Source: Callorhinchus milii (lineage: Eukaryota). Taken from it: 64,000 nt of DNA. The translations under genes were made by a program, and so were the position numbers. This document shows positions 1-12,703 of the stretch, piece after piece. A model generated the notes under the pieces. That model did not search any database, had not been told where the DNA came from, and saw only the letters and a program-made list of their open reading frames with translations. Every line of letters starts with the position of its first letter. Within the stretch, counting starts at the first letter, position 1. The stretch spans positions 96,598,001 through 96,662,000 of the forward strand of contig NW_024704742.1 in assembly GCF_018977255.1 (NCBI RefSeq), read 5' to 3'.

Positions 1-47
1 CCGGAAGATTACCCCCATCACATCGCGGCCTTCCCTCTGAGAACAAA
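1..47 (+). CDS. Possible tail of a coding exon cut by the window edge (unidentified)
   Basis: CpG-rich start. Either frame 2 RKITPITSRPSL* (TGA 38-40) followed by T-rich UTR-like sequence and AATAAA 263-268, or an exon ending at the donor-like AAA|GTGGGT (47/48). Too short to identify. Confidence 0.2.
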
Positions 48-404
48 GTGGGTCCCTTATGTGTTCGGGGACACTGTTGCCTTTTTTTTGTTCTTTTTTT
101 CTTCTTCTGGTTTCTGTTTACATTCTGCGCCATCGCCACCTTTTTTTTTGTTTGGGGGGAGGGTTTGATTCCGGGGAAGGAGCTGCACTTAAAAACAAAG
201 TGCCATTGTGTTCGTTGGATTTGTTCGCATTCTGACTCTCTGCCAACAACATCATAAGGTGAAATAAATGATCACTGTTCCCGACAAAACTTTTCCCGTC
301 TGTCCCCCCCCCCCCCCCCATACCAGGAATATAAAGCACACTGTTGCTGCAACTGTGCCCCAATGACTGGGACAAGGGAGAGAGCACAGTCAAAGGGTAC
401 GACG

Positions 405-583
405 TTTCCCCCCCAAAAAAAAATGCGGTCACTCGATCCGCCGCTGTTTGTGGGACGGACGCTGCTGCGCGCAATTGGCTGCCGCGTTTCGCCCACAACG
501 TATACAGTCAATTCACCTTCCGGTATGATCTGTTCTCGAAGACGCGATAAGGCGCTATGTCAAATGCAAGTGTTAGTATTACT
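405..583 (+). mobile_element. SINE 3' half (long-subfamily tail), unusually CpG-rich copy
   Basis: Matches GCTGTTTGTGGGAC..GCAATTGGCTGCCGCGTTTCGCCCACAA..GATAAGGCGCTAT.TCAAATGCAAG seen in the other copies. Confidence 0.85.
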
Positions 584-589
584 AGTTGT

Positions 590-985
590 GGGCTCCACCA
601 TCAACTCCCCTCTTCCATCTTTCCCTCTGATTTTGAATATGTGAGGAGGCTCATGGATTTCTTTGTGACAAAAATCAAGGCCATCTGCTCTGACATCTCA
701 GCTAGAGCAGATCTTTCTCTCTCCACACCTTTCTTTACCCCCGGCCCTTTATTCGTTGCTTCTATCATGCTCACCGGTCTCTTCCCCCAACTACTCTCTC
801 ACATGAAGTATACTATTTATACCTCAATCATCCACCAACCCAGTTTCTGGCTGCCCAGCTATGCATTTTAATTGATATTATTCATTCTGTATCCTCAGGA
901 ACTATCCCTCGCCATTTAAAAGCAGCTGTCATCAGCCCCTCCCTTCTTAAAAGAAACTACCATCTTGTTGCCGCCCAACTATGGA
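590..985 (+). mobile_element. Degenerate L2 ORF2 fragment
   Basis: Translation LMDFFVTKIKAICS parallels [14 protein letters not shown] of the L2 at 55.5 kb; downstream sequence resembles the [12 protein letters not shown] region. Confidence 0.65.
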
Positions 986-1123
986 ATATAAAATAAGACG
1001 GTGTTTGTCCAGTTCTGCAGAGCACTGGTGATGGGTTTCCGCATATGTCAGACACCTGACTGACCCAAAAAATCTTAAGAAGGATGTACTCACCTCGGAA
1101 GGTGTCCAGTGATAGTTCATTAC

Positions 1124-1559
1124 TACTAATAATAATCCTTGCATGTGATCAAGCGCCTTAACATGAGATGTGTCAAAGCGCTTCACAGGATGTTCTGTAA
1201 AGTGGTGTGACCGTGTGTTTTGTGTGTAAATACAGGAGCCAATTTGTGCACACAAGTGTCCCTCAACAGGCATGGTGTGAGTGATCAATATTATGTGGGG
1301 TTAGTCGGCCAGGATCCCCAAAATAAACTGTCTTCTCTTTTCAAACAGTGCCATGGAACTTTGATACCCACCTCGCCGGGGCGAGGGGACCTTGGTTTAA
1401 CATCTCATCCGAAGGACAGAATCTCTGACGTTGCAGCATTCCCCCGCACTGCATTGGAGGGTCAGCATAGACTTTATGAGTTGTAAGTGCTGACGTGAGG
1501 CTTGAACCTGCAATCTTCTGATTCAGAAGCGGGAGGGCTACCAACTGAGCCAGCCTGAC
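1124..1559 (-). mobile_element. DeuSINE-like (SacSINE1/AmnSINE1-type) tRNA SINE, near full length
   Basis: Reverse strand reads GTCAGGCTGGCTCAGTTGGTAGC head, then Deu-like TTCGGATGAGATGTTAAACCAAGGTCCC, then the shared 3' module and (ATT)n tail. Confidence 0.8.
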
Positions 1560-1599
1560 AGACTAGAATAATACCTAGACTGAAGGGGATTCAACTTGA

Positions 1600-2065
1600 T
1601 GAGAGTCTGGGACTGGGGTTTATATTCCTTTAAACCGAGGAGGTAAGGGGTAATGTGATTTTGGTGTCTCAAATAATAAAAGAAATTGACAGGTTAGATA
1701 GTGGTCGAGGTAGATCCATTACAAGGTTGTACAGCCTTCAAATCAAAAATGCAATAGAACTGTCCAGTGTGGACTAGTTGGGCCAAATGGCCTCTTTCTA
1801 GTCTATGGTCAGGAAACATTTCCTGACACAGGGGGTTGTGAAAATCTGGAAGGCTCTGTCCCAGAAGCTGTAGACACAAAATCAATAGGGATGTTCAATA
1901 GAGAGATAAACAGATACGGTACTTGGGTAAGCAAGGTATTAAAGAGCATTGTAAAAGGTTGGGACATTGTAAAAGGGTGCAGCATTGAGATTAAAAGATC
2001 TGCCAAAATCTAACATATTGGTGGAACAGGTCCAATGGCCTTTTCCTGTTTTCTTATGTTTCCAT
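1600..2065 (+). mobile_element. CR1 LINE 3' fragments
   Basis: Degenerate 'RRLRGDLI.V.KI.KG.DR' and 'RKHF.TQ.VV.IW..L' CR1 C-terminal signatures, followed by a CR1-type 3' UTR. Confidence 0.6.
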
Positions 2066-2094
2066 GACTTCTGGGGTTCTGAATTCAACTGATT

Positions 2095-2260
2095 TGGCAA
2101 TATAGCCAGCATCCTGTTTGTCTTGTTTATTGCTGCCTCACACTGTTTCAACATAGTGAGTAATGAGTCAACTAACACCCAAAAGTCTCTTTCAACTTCC
2201 CCTCGGTAAGTTCTATCCTCTCCATGGAATGCATGTACTTTCTTTTACTTCCTACTGGTG
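2095..2260 (-). mobile_element. CR1 RT fragment
   Basis: ORF text LVDSLLTMLKQCEAAINKTNRML resembles the CR1 motif VD..L.M..QC..A..KAN.ML. Confidence 0.65.
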
Positions 2261-2289
2261 CTGTTATTTTTTGACACTCCATTCTCCCT

Positions 2290-2560
2290 GTTAGAAGTGC
2301 CATCCTTTGGATGAGACATTAAACCCAAGTCCCAACTGCCTATTCAGGTGAACATTAAATAACCCATGACTCTCTTCAAAAAAAAGAAGGGTGTTTCTCC
2401 CGGTGTGCTGGCTAACAAACAGGTAAAATTGAACATTCACTTCATGGCTGTTTGTGGGACATTGCTGTTCATACATTGGCTCCTGCATTCACCCAAAACA
2501 TTATAGTAAATCCCATGAAGCTCTATGAGACACACAAACGACATGATAAGCCATTACAAA
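2290..2560 (+). mobile_element. DeuSINE-like 3' part
   Basis: GTGCCATCCTTTGGATGAGACATTAAACC...TTCAGGTGAACATTAAA...GGCTGTTTGTGGGACATTGCTG. Confidence 0.75.
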
Positions 2561-4375
2561 CAGCTACAAATTTACATTTATATAACACCTTTCATATCGG
2601 GAGGAGGTCCCAATGCACTATATCAAATGTAAGGATTATTACATTGCTATTTCATCTTTGGTGCATTTCCACAGTCATACAGTTTCTTGGTTCCACTTCT
2701 ACTTATTCCCAACACCTTTCTTACATTTCCCACAATATCCTATCATACCGATATGGTCACCTCTGGTGTACTTCCAAGAAGGTACCTTCCCTATAAAATA
2801 TCATCTGAAGTAGAGTCAGTTAATGAGAAGAACTCAAACTGAATCTTAATTTCATGGCAGAAGCAGAATCCATAATATCTTTTCAAAGCAAAGTAGAAAA
2901 ATATTTGAGAAAGAAAAAATATAAAAGGAATGAGTAAAGGAAGGGAATGGCACTAGATAGATAGCTGTTTCAGACTCCCAGCACAGGAACAATAGAATAA
3001 TGGCCTTGTTTGCTGCAATATTCTACGAAGTTAAGTCAAAATTCTCAATTTCACAAAAATAATTTAGCTAATATATATATAATCTCCCAAACTATCCTTA
3101 ATTGGGTTTAAATTTGAAATACTAAGAGAGATTATTATACTTCCTACTTTGTTTTTTTTGGAGCTAGACTTTAATATGATATTATATTGTAATAATTTTG
3201 CATCTCAGATATCAACATAAAACATGCTCAGTGCAAGGAATCAATACGTGCGGCACATCACAGAATTTTATGTTCCACCCACTGTCTGCAATGTATTATA
3301 TCTTCCGAAAAGCACACCACAGCATTACAGTTGGATACACCTCACACTTGCAAACATCCTATAACACTATGAACCTCTCATCAGCCATTTCCTCTCACAG
3401 AACAGATTTCCAACACAGTTACATCATCTCTCAGGGTTTTTGCAGCACACAGTTCCCATTTGGCTTGGTACTCAACACCATATAGCAGACAAAGGCAATT
3501 TTCAGAATAAGTTTTGAGAGCAGGATTAGGGAATAGTCATTTCAGCTCTGAAGTTGAGTTTGAGCCCAACAGTGAAACCAGACCACAAACACATAACTAT
3601 CCCTAATTGGATAGTACTACATGTTTACAGAGCCACTCAGCAAAATTACAGTGCTGATCAATGTGGGAAATCGGGGAAAAAATCATCCTGGTACAGTAGG
3701 GAGGGTTCAGGTGAGGTTGGGGCTAAGGTACATTTTTGGAGCAGAGGGAGCTTTATGTTGCGATTATATGGGCATTATCAAGGTCTAGGACTTAAACACC
3801 AAAAGTGCACTATAAATTGGGGTTGAGGAGTGCAATCCAAAAGTGAATTGCGCTGGAGTCCTGTTGCTGAGACTAGCTTAAGGTGGTTCCAAGAATATAT
3901 TGATTGAAACCACTGCACAGAAAAACGAATATTCCATTCGACCTCCCAAGATTTTTCAGGGGACCAATTTATTTTTTTGAGCCAATCACTTTTAAACATA
4001 ATAGAACAATCTAACACCTCATATTAGAGCTCTGTGCACCTGCTTGTTTGCAGATTCACAGAACTCTCCTCAGACCCCCGTCAATGCTATTAGAGCAGGA
4101 AGTATAAATCAGGCTTCCCATTCCCCATTGTTCCACGGCTGGAAACGATATTGCTTTAAATCCAGCAGCATAAACAGGTTATTACTCTGCGGCTGTCTCT
4201 GCTGAATCAAACCTATGAGTGTTTGAAATGGGAAAGTGTTCCATTCCCTCACACCGATATACTTTGGCTCAATGAGTACAAAATGGAATTACACACAACA
4301 AGGGCAGAACTGCATGTCATTTCATTTCAAAAGTTTTTTTTAAATAAAAAATATTAATAAAAACAGCACATATGT

Positions 4376-4958
4376 GGTCTCTGAAATTTCACCCAATCTT
4401 AACCAGCAAAACTATTTTGTCTCAAAATGTAAGTTCACACAATATTATAGAAATTAATCCTTGCATTTGATATAGCGCTTTTCACGTCGGGAAGACGTCC
4501 CAAAGCACTTCACAGAACACACTGTAAAGTGAATTGACTGTATATTTGGGGGCGAACGCGGCAGCCAATTGCGCACAGCAATGTCCCACAAACAGTTGTA
4601 GATCGAAAATGACCAATTTATTATTATTTTTGGTTTTGGAGGGATTATTATTAGGCGTGTGGAGTAAGGAAACTTGGCCAAGGTTTCGCCCTCTGCCTGG
4701 AATTGAACTCAGGTCTCTCGCTTGCAAAGCGAGTGCTCTAACCACTGAGCTACAGGACTTAAGAACATTCTTAAATTGAATTAAATTAAATTGAATATAA
4801 ATATGGCAGCTAGTTTACTTTAAAGAACTATGGTGGTGGGAGGGGGGAAGGAAGCTTCCAAATTCAGATTACATTTAAGAATTTTTTCCACTGTTTGGCG
4901 TGACCTCAATTTTTTAGACAAAGTGGCTTTAACAGACTGAGAACAGATGGAATTTGGG
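4376..4958. mobile_element. Palindromic MITE (family also at 10.9, 16.2, 27.6, 35.6 kb), interrupted by a SINE
   Basis: Left arm CTGAAATTTCACCCAATCTTAACCAGCAAAACTATTTTGTCTCAAAA is an imperfect reverse complement of the right arm TTTTTTAGACAAAGTGGCTTTAACAGACTGAGAACAGATGGAATTT. Confidence 0.55.
4455..4759 (-). mobile_element. Young tRNA-Ala-derived SINE (short subfamily; recalls SINE2-1_CM of C. milii)
   Basis: A box TAGCTCAGTGG, TTTGCAA anticodon-like loop, B-box-like GAGTTCAATTCC, L2-like 3' tail; near-identical to six other copies. Confidence 0.95.
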
Positions 4959-5114
4959 TGTATGGTAGTCTACATTGGCTTTTGGTTGGTTTACACTATA
5001 TTAGACTATATTAGACTGATCAACACAACCAGTTTACAATACTGTCACTTGTTAGTTATATACAGCAGTTGATTTTAATAGTGGTGCGTACATTGTAAAA
5101 CATTGTTAACTTAC

Positions 5115-5279
5115 CTCAAGACCCTCCTATTCGACCGTGCTTTCAATCTCCCTGCTTCCCCCCCTGCCCTCCACCCTCCCCCACCCCGTCCCCCAGTTCG
5201 GGTCCATAACTCTGTCCAGTGCCTTAGGACGTCCTCCCAACGTGAAAGGCGCTATACAAATATAATTTTGTTGTTGTTT
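5115..5279 (+). mobile_element. L2 3' end fragment
   Basis: CTCAAGACCCTCCTATTCGACCGTGCTTTC...GGACGTCCTCCCAACGTGAAAGGCGCT...TTGTTGTTG. Confidence 0.85.
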
Positions 5280-5654
5280 TTATCTGGGTCTTCTTTTCCT
5301 CTTGTGATGCAGGAGAAGCGGGTTCATTGTAGTATGCATAATGTGATGGAAGAGCTATTCCTCTTCCTAGACGTTGTTCCAAAATACAATGGAAGAAGTC
5401 GGATTAAAATTTTCAAATTTTATTTTTGCATAAATAAATTCTGAGGCAGTAGAGTGCATTAGTATTCTAATATGTTGCACCACAAAACTGTCAGGCATGG
5501 GTTCACTCCTGTAATTCTGCACATGGTGAATTGCTGATCTCAGCATGTTTTAAGGAGGGGAAGTACCAAGCAGAGACCAACTAGTTTTACATAGGGCGGG
5601 AGAAAAAACAGGAGGGCAAGCCACCCAAGGCCATTAGGATGGTCGCCAGTTATG

Positions 5655-5785
5655 AATAATAATAATAATTATAATATTTGCATTTGATATAGCGCCTTAC
5701 CAAATCTTTGAGACGTCTCAAAATGCTGTAAAGTGACATGACTGCATATTTTGTGGGCGAAAGGCGGGAGCCAATTGCGCACAAC
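5655..5785 (-). mobile_element. SINE 3' fragment
   Basis: (AAT)n, TTGCATTTGATATAGCGCCTTA, and GCCAATTGCGCACA. Confidence 0.8.
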
Positions 5786-6615
5786 CTATTGTATTGCACA
5801 ATTTATACCATGTATTGGCAGACACCTGCAAGTAAGTCGATTGCCTCTTATCACACTGGGAAATAGTTTGCAGTATGGAGGAAATCAAGAAGTATGTATT
5901 TTAATTTGGCTTTTACACATACTATATGTAGTTGTGTGATACCCTTGAGCATGATTGTCTGAGAAGGTGGTGTGTTCAAATTCAGTTTTCACTCTTGCTA
6001 ATTGGTGTTCGTAACTGATTTTGTTTACCCTTTCAATGGTAAGTAATCTTCACTGGAGGATGTAATAAACAAGGCAGTGACTGTAATTTTAAAGCTATCA
6101 TAGATAATCCATTGCTCGTGTTTGCAAAAATGTCATCCGTTTTCAGCTGTGGCCATCATAAAGCAATCACAATCATTTTTGAAACTTCCAGCATGTAGTT
6201 TTCTAATTATAGATGATATAGGCTTCAGATTAGAATTCTGTCTTGGGTGTAACACTAATGGTTTATCCAAATATATAGTGACAATTAATTTACAAAAGTG
6301 TTATTTATATGAAATAAGAATCCCCCACACTAATGTTGTAACTGTGTAGAATAGCAAAATAGAATATTCTAGAGACAGAGTAACATATAGGATAATGTCA
6401 CAGAGGTGAAAAGTAAGTGTGATGTGATAATTATCACTTGTAATAGTTAACACATGTCCTTCCAGAATTATCATAAACAATCTTTAAGGTATGAGACTGC
6501 ACCCTGAAGGATCAAACAAGCAACAACAAGTTAGGAGACAGTAAAAATTATCAGGTCATTTGTTCTGCATTGTGCATTCATGTATTCAGCAGCTTCGTGC
6601 TACAACACATGGATG

Positions 6616-6909
6616 TAATACTAGTAATCCTTGCATTTGATATAGCTCCTTATCACGTCTTTGAGATGTCTCAAAGCGCTTCACAGAATATACTGTAAAG
6701 TGAATTGACTGTGTATTTTGTGGGTGAAATGCGGCAGCCAATTGTGCACAGCAGTGTCCCACAGACAGTCGTGGATTGAAAGACCAATTTATTATTTTTT
6801 TTAAAAGGAATTATTACCCCTGGAAAAGCGATCCGCCAATTGACAAACAATCGGGTTCCTACTTACTGCTAGGTAAACAGAGGCATGTGGAGTAAGGAAA
6901 CTTGCCCAA
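6616..6909 (-). mobile_element. SINE, long subfamily, 5'-truncated
   Basis: Carries the extra internal segment (GCCTCTGTTTACCTAGCAGTAAGTAGGAACC on its own strand) and the TCAAA-loop tail. Confidence 0.9.
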
Positions 6910-8511
6910 CATTTGTATTATCATACACGAGCAATGTATATGGTATTTGACAACCTGATTAATAGTGGTACTACATTAAATATTCCTATACGCTGTGCTA
7001 TAGTAAGTATAAAAGGGGAGGCTCACTTGCCGTATAAACACCAGCGCAGACTATTTAAGCCAAATGACTTGTTTCTGTGCTATAAAATTCTATGTAATTC
7101 TGCATCGACAACATTGACTCACCATAATGAGTTTCATAAAGTGTAGTTATGCAGAGAATTTACTCTATACAGCATATATATGTATATTCTATGTGTGTAT
7201 GTGTGCGCGTATAGCGATTGAATTATATAGTGATATATTCTTACATTTTTGATTTGCCTATAACGTCTCTCTTTTCAGTGGAAAAATGTTGCATGTCAAA
7301 TATGGGTTGCTTTATATCATGTTCTGTCAATCAGCACAGGAGGCTTTCTGCATTACTTACTGGTATATTGGAACTCTTGAAGGGTGTTTCGAAGGGAGCT
7401 GAAAATAAATAAAGTTCCATCTGACAGTTTCTCATTTATGGGAGAGGAATCAAAGCTGTTTGAAACTTCATTTTCAGTTTCATACCCTGAAGATTGTGGT
7501 GTGATAATTCTGGATGGAACAGCTTATCTGAGGGGATTAGGTAAAACACGTTCTTTCTATTACTGGTGGCTTCAGCTTGTTCAGCTGGGTAGACTGTGTC
7601 ACATACTATCTCTGGCCCTACATGTGTCACTAATCTTATCTATATCTTTTCTCCTGCTTCTCTCAGAGCTCTGGCCTCTGTGTCTTCACCTTTCATTTTG
7701 TGATGACGCCCAGTAAATTCCTATTAACCCTCCTTCGCAGATTTCTGTTACGTGTCAACTAATATGATAGTGTTAGCTACGTTCAAAATGTTTTAACAGA
7801 ATACAAAAAAAAAAGTTTTACACCATCCTCACCTCTGAATTGATAACGTCTATTGTTGGCCTAGCACCAGCTACACAACACAAAGAAAATTCTCAGAATT
7901 GCTATAGAAATATGGAGATGTAAAAAAAAATTGGAGATTCTGAGAGATTCCTAAGCAGAATCTTATTAAATTGGAAAGTACTATGATGTATAAATTAAGA
8001 ATGGCCTGTTTTTCTCAAGCTCTCTGGGTTGGATTTTAAAGCTGACCTCAAATTGTGTCAAGCCACAGACCTTCCACAAAGATCAATGTGGCTTATAAAC
8101 AAAGGGAAAGGTTTATGGAATGGTCCATCTGTACTGTATTCAAGGCACTCGCTTCACCCTACCCATCATGGGCAGCTCATTCACTCAGGCAACTGAAGCA
8201 ATTTTAGGTAAAGGATAGAAAACCTGTTCCTTGTTGCGAGCTCTTGCATAGTTCCTGTTTCAGCAATTGCTTATTTCTATGATTGATTGGAACTGTGAGT
8301 TGGTTGCATTGCCTGCCTTTTCTTTGTCAAAAAAGAAGCACATTGATACTTTCCTCCAAATCTGTTTATTTTCTCCTTTTAGACAATAAAAATTAACAGT
8401 TTATTCGTACTTCAGTCATGTATAGATGCATCTGTTACACTCGAGATGAAAACTCCTCCAATAGCTCTGTTAGTAAAAACTACTTCTTCGTATGATATTG
8501 GGCCATTGAGA

Positions 8512-8700
8512 GGCAGAAGATCCCTGGTTTCATTTTCAATCTGTTCTTAGTTAGTTGGTCAGAGTCAGGATGGCAGTAGGAGTGTTATAATTGGGTTTAA
8601 TGCCCTTGTACTAAGGGAGCCAAAGTTCCTGATTTTGATCACTCCCCAATGACTCTTTGTGGAAGGTGGGATTCCATGTGGACATTGGGATCAAACAAAT
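8512..8700 (+). mobile_element. Ancient SINE-like family copy (unnamed; other copies at about 21680-21885, 22490-22790, 36940-37150, 58069-58115, all minus strand)
   Basis: Shared degenerate motif series TTAGCTGATCTCAG..GGCAGTAGG..CTACAATTGG..AAAATCAGCCAGGGTTCCTG.TCCTGATC across several loci. Confidence 0.55.
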
Positions 8701-8839
8701 GCTTTTGACCTGTGAATAAACAAAACACATTGCATAGGTCTCTATGGATGATATTCTTCCAAAATTATTTTGAATGGGGAAAGAAATCTTCTCAGCGTGT
8801 ACAGGTTCCAGGGTGCAAATTGCAATTTCCCAATGAATT

Positions 8840-9000
8840 TACTTATATAGCATGTAAATGACGACTGGAATGGATAACCAAAAAGGTGGTTGAGGGCTGG
8901 ACGCTGAACTCATTTAAGAAAAAACAATGCTGTATTGGGAGAATGGTAGAGTGGGTATTCTGAAAGGATGAAATCATCATCCAAACCTCTCTTGGGATTT
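8840..9000 (+). mobile_element. CR1 3' end fragment
   Basis: TGGAATGGAT..CC..AAGGTGGTTGAGG..TCATTTAAGAAA ('WN..P..VV.A...FK' region); similar to 28.7 kb and 47.2 kb. Confidence 0.5.
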
Positions 9001-9041
9001 GTCATCTAACAGATACTTGTTTGGCAACCAATAATAGAATT

Positions 9042-9418
9042 GGAGTCCTGTAGCTTATTGGTCAGAGCACTCACCTCGCAAACAAGAGGATATGGGTTCG
9101 ATTCTCAGGAAGGCCATTAGGCATGTTTCCTTACTCCACACACCTTTGTTAACCTAAGTAGAAACCCATTGTTAGTTGATTGGTGGATCTCTTTTCTGGG
9201 GGTAATAATCCCTTCAAAAAAAGTTTTTTTTAAAAATAATAATTTGGTCATTCAACCCAACACTGTTTTGGGACACTACTGGATGCCATTGGCTGCTGAG
9301 TTTGACCCACAAAATATACAGTCAATTCAATTTACAGTAAATTCTGTGAAGCACTTTGAGACATCTCAAAGATGTGATAAGGCGCTATATCAAATGCAAG
9401 GATTATTATATTATTATT
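9042..9418 (+). mobile_element. SINE, long subfamily, full length
   Basis: GGAGTCCTGTAGCTTATTGGTCAGAGCAC head, GGTTCGATTC B box, internal segment, tail ending GGATTATTAT. Confidence 0.9.
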
Positions 9419-9663
9419 GTTAGTATAAAAGAAGAAAGACCTTCAGAATTTTGCTGTTTGGAGGTATAATGGTATGAGGCAAAAGTTTATTTTTGATTGT
9501 CTTGAAATTGTTTTTGGGTGGTAGAATTATTTTGTATTTAATGAGAGAAGTGGAGTAAGGAGTATTTTAAGAGCATCACACAACTTCTCCTTAAGGCTAC
9601 CAAAAAACAGTAGAAAACTTCTTATAATTCATGAAGCCAAAGGATATGAGTTTTATATACACT

Positions 9664-9753
9664 TGACCCAACTGACCCAACTGTCCAGCGCTTTGGGACA
9701 TCCTCCCGACGTGAAAGGGGCTCTATAAATGGAATCTTGTTGTTGTTGTTGTT
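9664..9753 (+). mobile_element. Extremely 5'-truncated young L2 (terminal ~90 nt)
   Basis: Near-identical to 57293-57370, including the (TTG)n tail. Confidence 0.9.
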
Positions 9754-10947
9754 GAAACAATTTTTCAAAAATACCAGTACATTAATTGAAAAAAGTTGAT
9801 TTCCTGTATTTGAGGCTAATTTCCCTTGATTAAATTCTGGAAAGAATATCGCTGATAGTCTAGGTTTTGAGTACATCATGCAATGTCATTCTTTGATGAC
9901 GAATGTTTTAGAATATTTGGGTTGCATCAATATTAACTATGAAACCTATCATTTGGTATTTATCTCAGTTTAGATTCTCTTTAACAAATACAAGAATGCA
10001 TCTGAAAATTAATGGTACTCACTTCTACCTTTCTCTTCATTAAGACATGCAAAATCTGAGTGAGAAGTTTAAAATCTTTTCAATTTATCAGCAAAACCGG
10101 TCAAGTTTGGTATATAACAGAAGTAATGTTAATTGCTCTGGATTATCTTGACAATGAACTTCGACACCAATCGATATAGCACTGCGACATTTGCTTCCCA
10201 CATACTATCAGTCTTAGGCCTCCATAGTTAACAAATTAACTTTACTGCAATTTTAGGGGACTATTCCAAAGGCTCTTGTGAAATTAGTTTGGTTAGCCCC
10301 TGAAAAAAATAATTTGAGCAATATTAGTTATATTTAAGAGGTTTCATACTTAGAAATAAAATCCCTACGTCAACATAATTCCAACATAGTTTACATGATT
10401 ATTTACTATGTACAACATTTCATTGTAATTATTTTTCTTTGATGGTGCAATATCCATTTTATATTCATTTCACAGGTCTCTGTAGTTCAGAGTCTTGTAG
10501 CCTTGCTGGTAATGTTCATTAGGTGCTGGATTCATGGCAGTTCTTGTGTAGTGAAACTCATAACTCATGTCCACAGTAAACTAAGATGAGACTGCTATAG
10601 TCTGATTCACTTGTGACCTCTAACAGTCATTAACAAGTGCAGACATCATCCTAGTTTCTTGGACCACATTGAAACAGATGCCTCCTGAGATGGAGTATTA
10701 ATTGAGATTTAGTCAGCTATATCTCTCTCCTCCAGAACTTACAGGACTTTCCTTTTGTTTATAAGGTAGTGTTCTAATAATTGCAATTTTCTAATAAGAG
10801 GCATTTAGGGACTATCTTTCTAAGGAGAAATGTATTACATTTAAATATAGGGGTTCTTTTGTGATAATTGTACAAAAAAGTATTATGAAAAATTGCAAAC
10901 TTCTTCCATTGGACATAAATATTTTCCAAACATTTGGAAATATTGCT

Positions 10948-11162
10948 GGGGAGAAATTCCACCTGGGTCCAGATTCACTGTAATAACATAACATTTCAGA
11001 GCATCCAGAATTTGACAACATTTTAAATGTTGTTTTAATTTTGAAGCTAGTTTTAAGAACCACAAAAATCTGACTTCAATGTTAGGAGTGAACCTAACAA
11101 TTTGCCAAATTCTGGATACTCTGAAATGTACCATAAATACAGTAAATCTTACCTTGGGTGGA
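10948..11162. mobile_element. MITE with ~60-bp terminal inverted repeats
   Basis: CCACCTGGGTCCAGATTCACTGTA..ACATTTCAGAGCATCCAGAATTTGACAA versus TTGCCAAATTCTGGATACTCTGAAATGT..TACAGTAAATCTTACCTTGGGTGG. Confidence 0.75.
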
Positions 11163-12419
11163 TCTAGATTTACTGTATTTATGGAACTTTGTGGGTGGAA
11201 GTTGGGTGGATCCCCATCTTCTTCCCAATAATAGCATTTCACACAAGTTACAAAATTTTAAATTATTCAATGCAACATATAATTGCAGGAGATTGCACAA
11301 GCTAAATTGTATGAGATGAAACCTGTATTGCTTTTCTTGAATGCAACAAGTAACTCTTATTGCGACAAATTTCTGAAGATGTTTTTGTCACAGAAGGCTT
11401 TTGTATACTTTCTGCTACAAGGAAATTTCATACTCAAATGGTTAATGCATTGCATGTAGATTATTTCTATGCAAATGCATTAATGCAGAAAATACAAAAT
11501 GAATCATGGCTTGAAGGATGGACAACCACTGATTAACTACACCAGTGTAATAAAGCCCAATGGAGCAGTGACTGAAACATTCAGATCAAAATGTAAATCT
11601 TATCATACTGCAAACTATTTGCATGAAGGTATATTATAACATCAATGGCAGTGTATAAAATTGTAATAATTCATATGAGGAAAGTGGAGCAAGTGATGAA
11701 TTTTACTGTAGCAAAGGCAATTAAAAGGTCTAATTCCTTGTTTCGGCAAGAATAAATAATTTTAAATGAGGCTATGAGTAGACAGTTTCATTTAAACATG
11801 GAAATGAGATTTATCACTATAAATAAAGATGTTGCTTTGTGCACAGCAATATCGAAAAGGTACAAGGGCAAAACTCAAATTTATTATCCTTATTCCAATG
11901 AATATGTGTAACAGCAAAATTAAAATGTTCTTGTGTTACTCTAAGGTTTATGGTACCATTTTTGCATCATAGACAGAAGTATATATCAAGTTTACAACAT
12001 TCCAGGCTTTTTTGGGAAATACTTAGTTCTGTTTGACTGAATGTATTATTGTAACTGGCCATTCAGACCTGCTTCAGGTCAGCATCGGGTCTAGGTTGAT
12101 TAGCTGATAAACGTCTGGTTTTGTTCAGGCAGGAATCTGTTGTGAGTAAAATAAGTGGCACAAAGAACTTCACATACGTGGGGACAAATAGCTCCAGTGT
12201 TATTGGAGCTCAACAGATGTATGTATGTCACAAAGATCTCATTAAAGGGGCATCATCAAAATAAATTGCTTTGCCAGATATCTTACCATATTTACATAAG
12301 GGAAAGAAATAAGATTGTGGTTTTGCTGACCATATCTGCCACTACATATTAAGTTTTAATTTGAGTAAAAATGCAACTGGAAATATAATATCCCTTCCAT
12401 TTAACATAATGCCTATGAC

Positions 12420-12703
12420 ATAGAAACATACTTTACAGTCAATTGCAGTAAAGTGCAATGACTGTGTATATTTAGATGAATAGAGCAGCCAAAGCTTTTC
12501 AAATGGTGTCATGGGATCTTTAGCGTTCACCTGAACAGGCAGAAAAGGTCTTGGTTTAAACATCTCATCTGAAGGACGATAACTCTGATGATGCAGTGCT
12601 CCCCCACTACTGCATTGGAGTGATAGCCTAGTCTGTGAGTTCAATCCTGATGTGGGACTTGAACCTAGAACCTTCTGATTCAGAGGCAACAGAGCCAGGC
12701 TGG
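12420..12703 (-). mobile_element. DeuSINE-like copy
   Basis: GGTTTAAACATCTCATCTGAAGGACG Deu-like core and tRNA-like head (GTGGGACTTGAACC..TTCTGATTCAGAGGC). Confidence 0.75.

Noticed and set aside
5822..6044. Cluster of donor-like sites (GTAAGT 5832, GTATGT 5892, ATG|GTAAGT 6039) as micro-exons
   Set aside because: Weak acceptors, an implied 42-nt intron that is too short, and no recognisable peptide.
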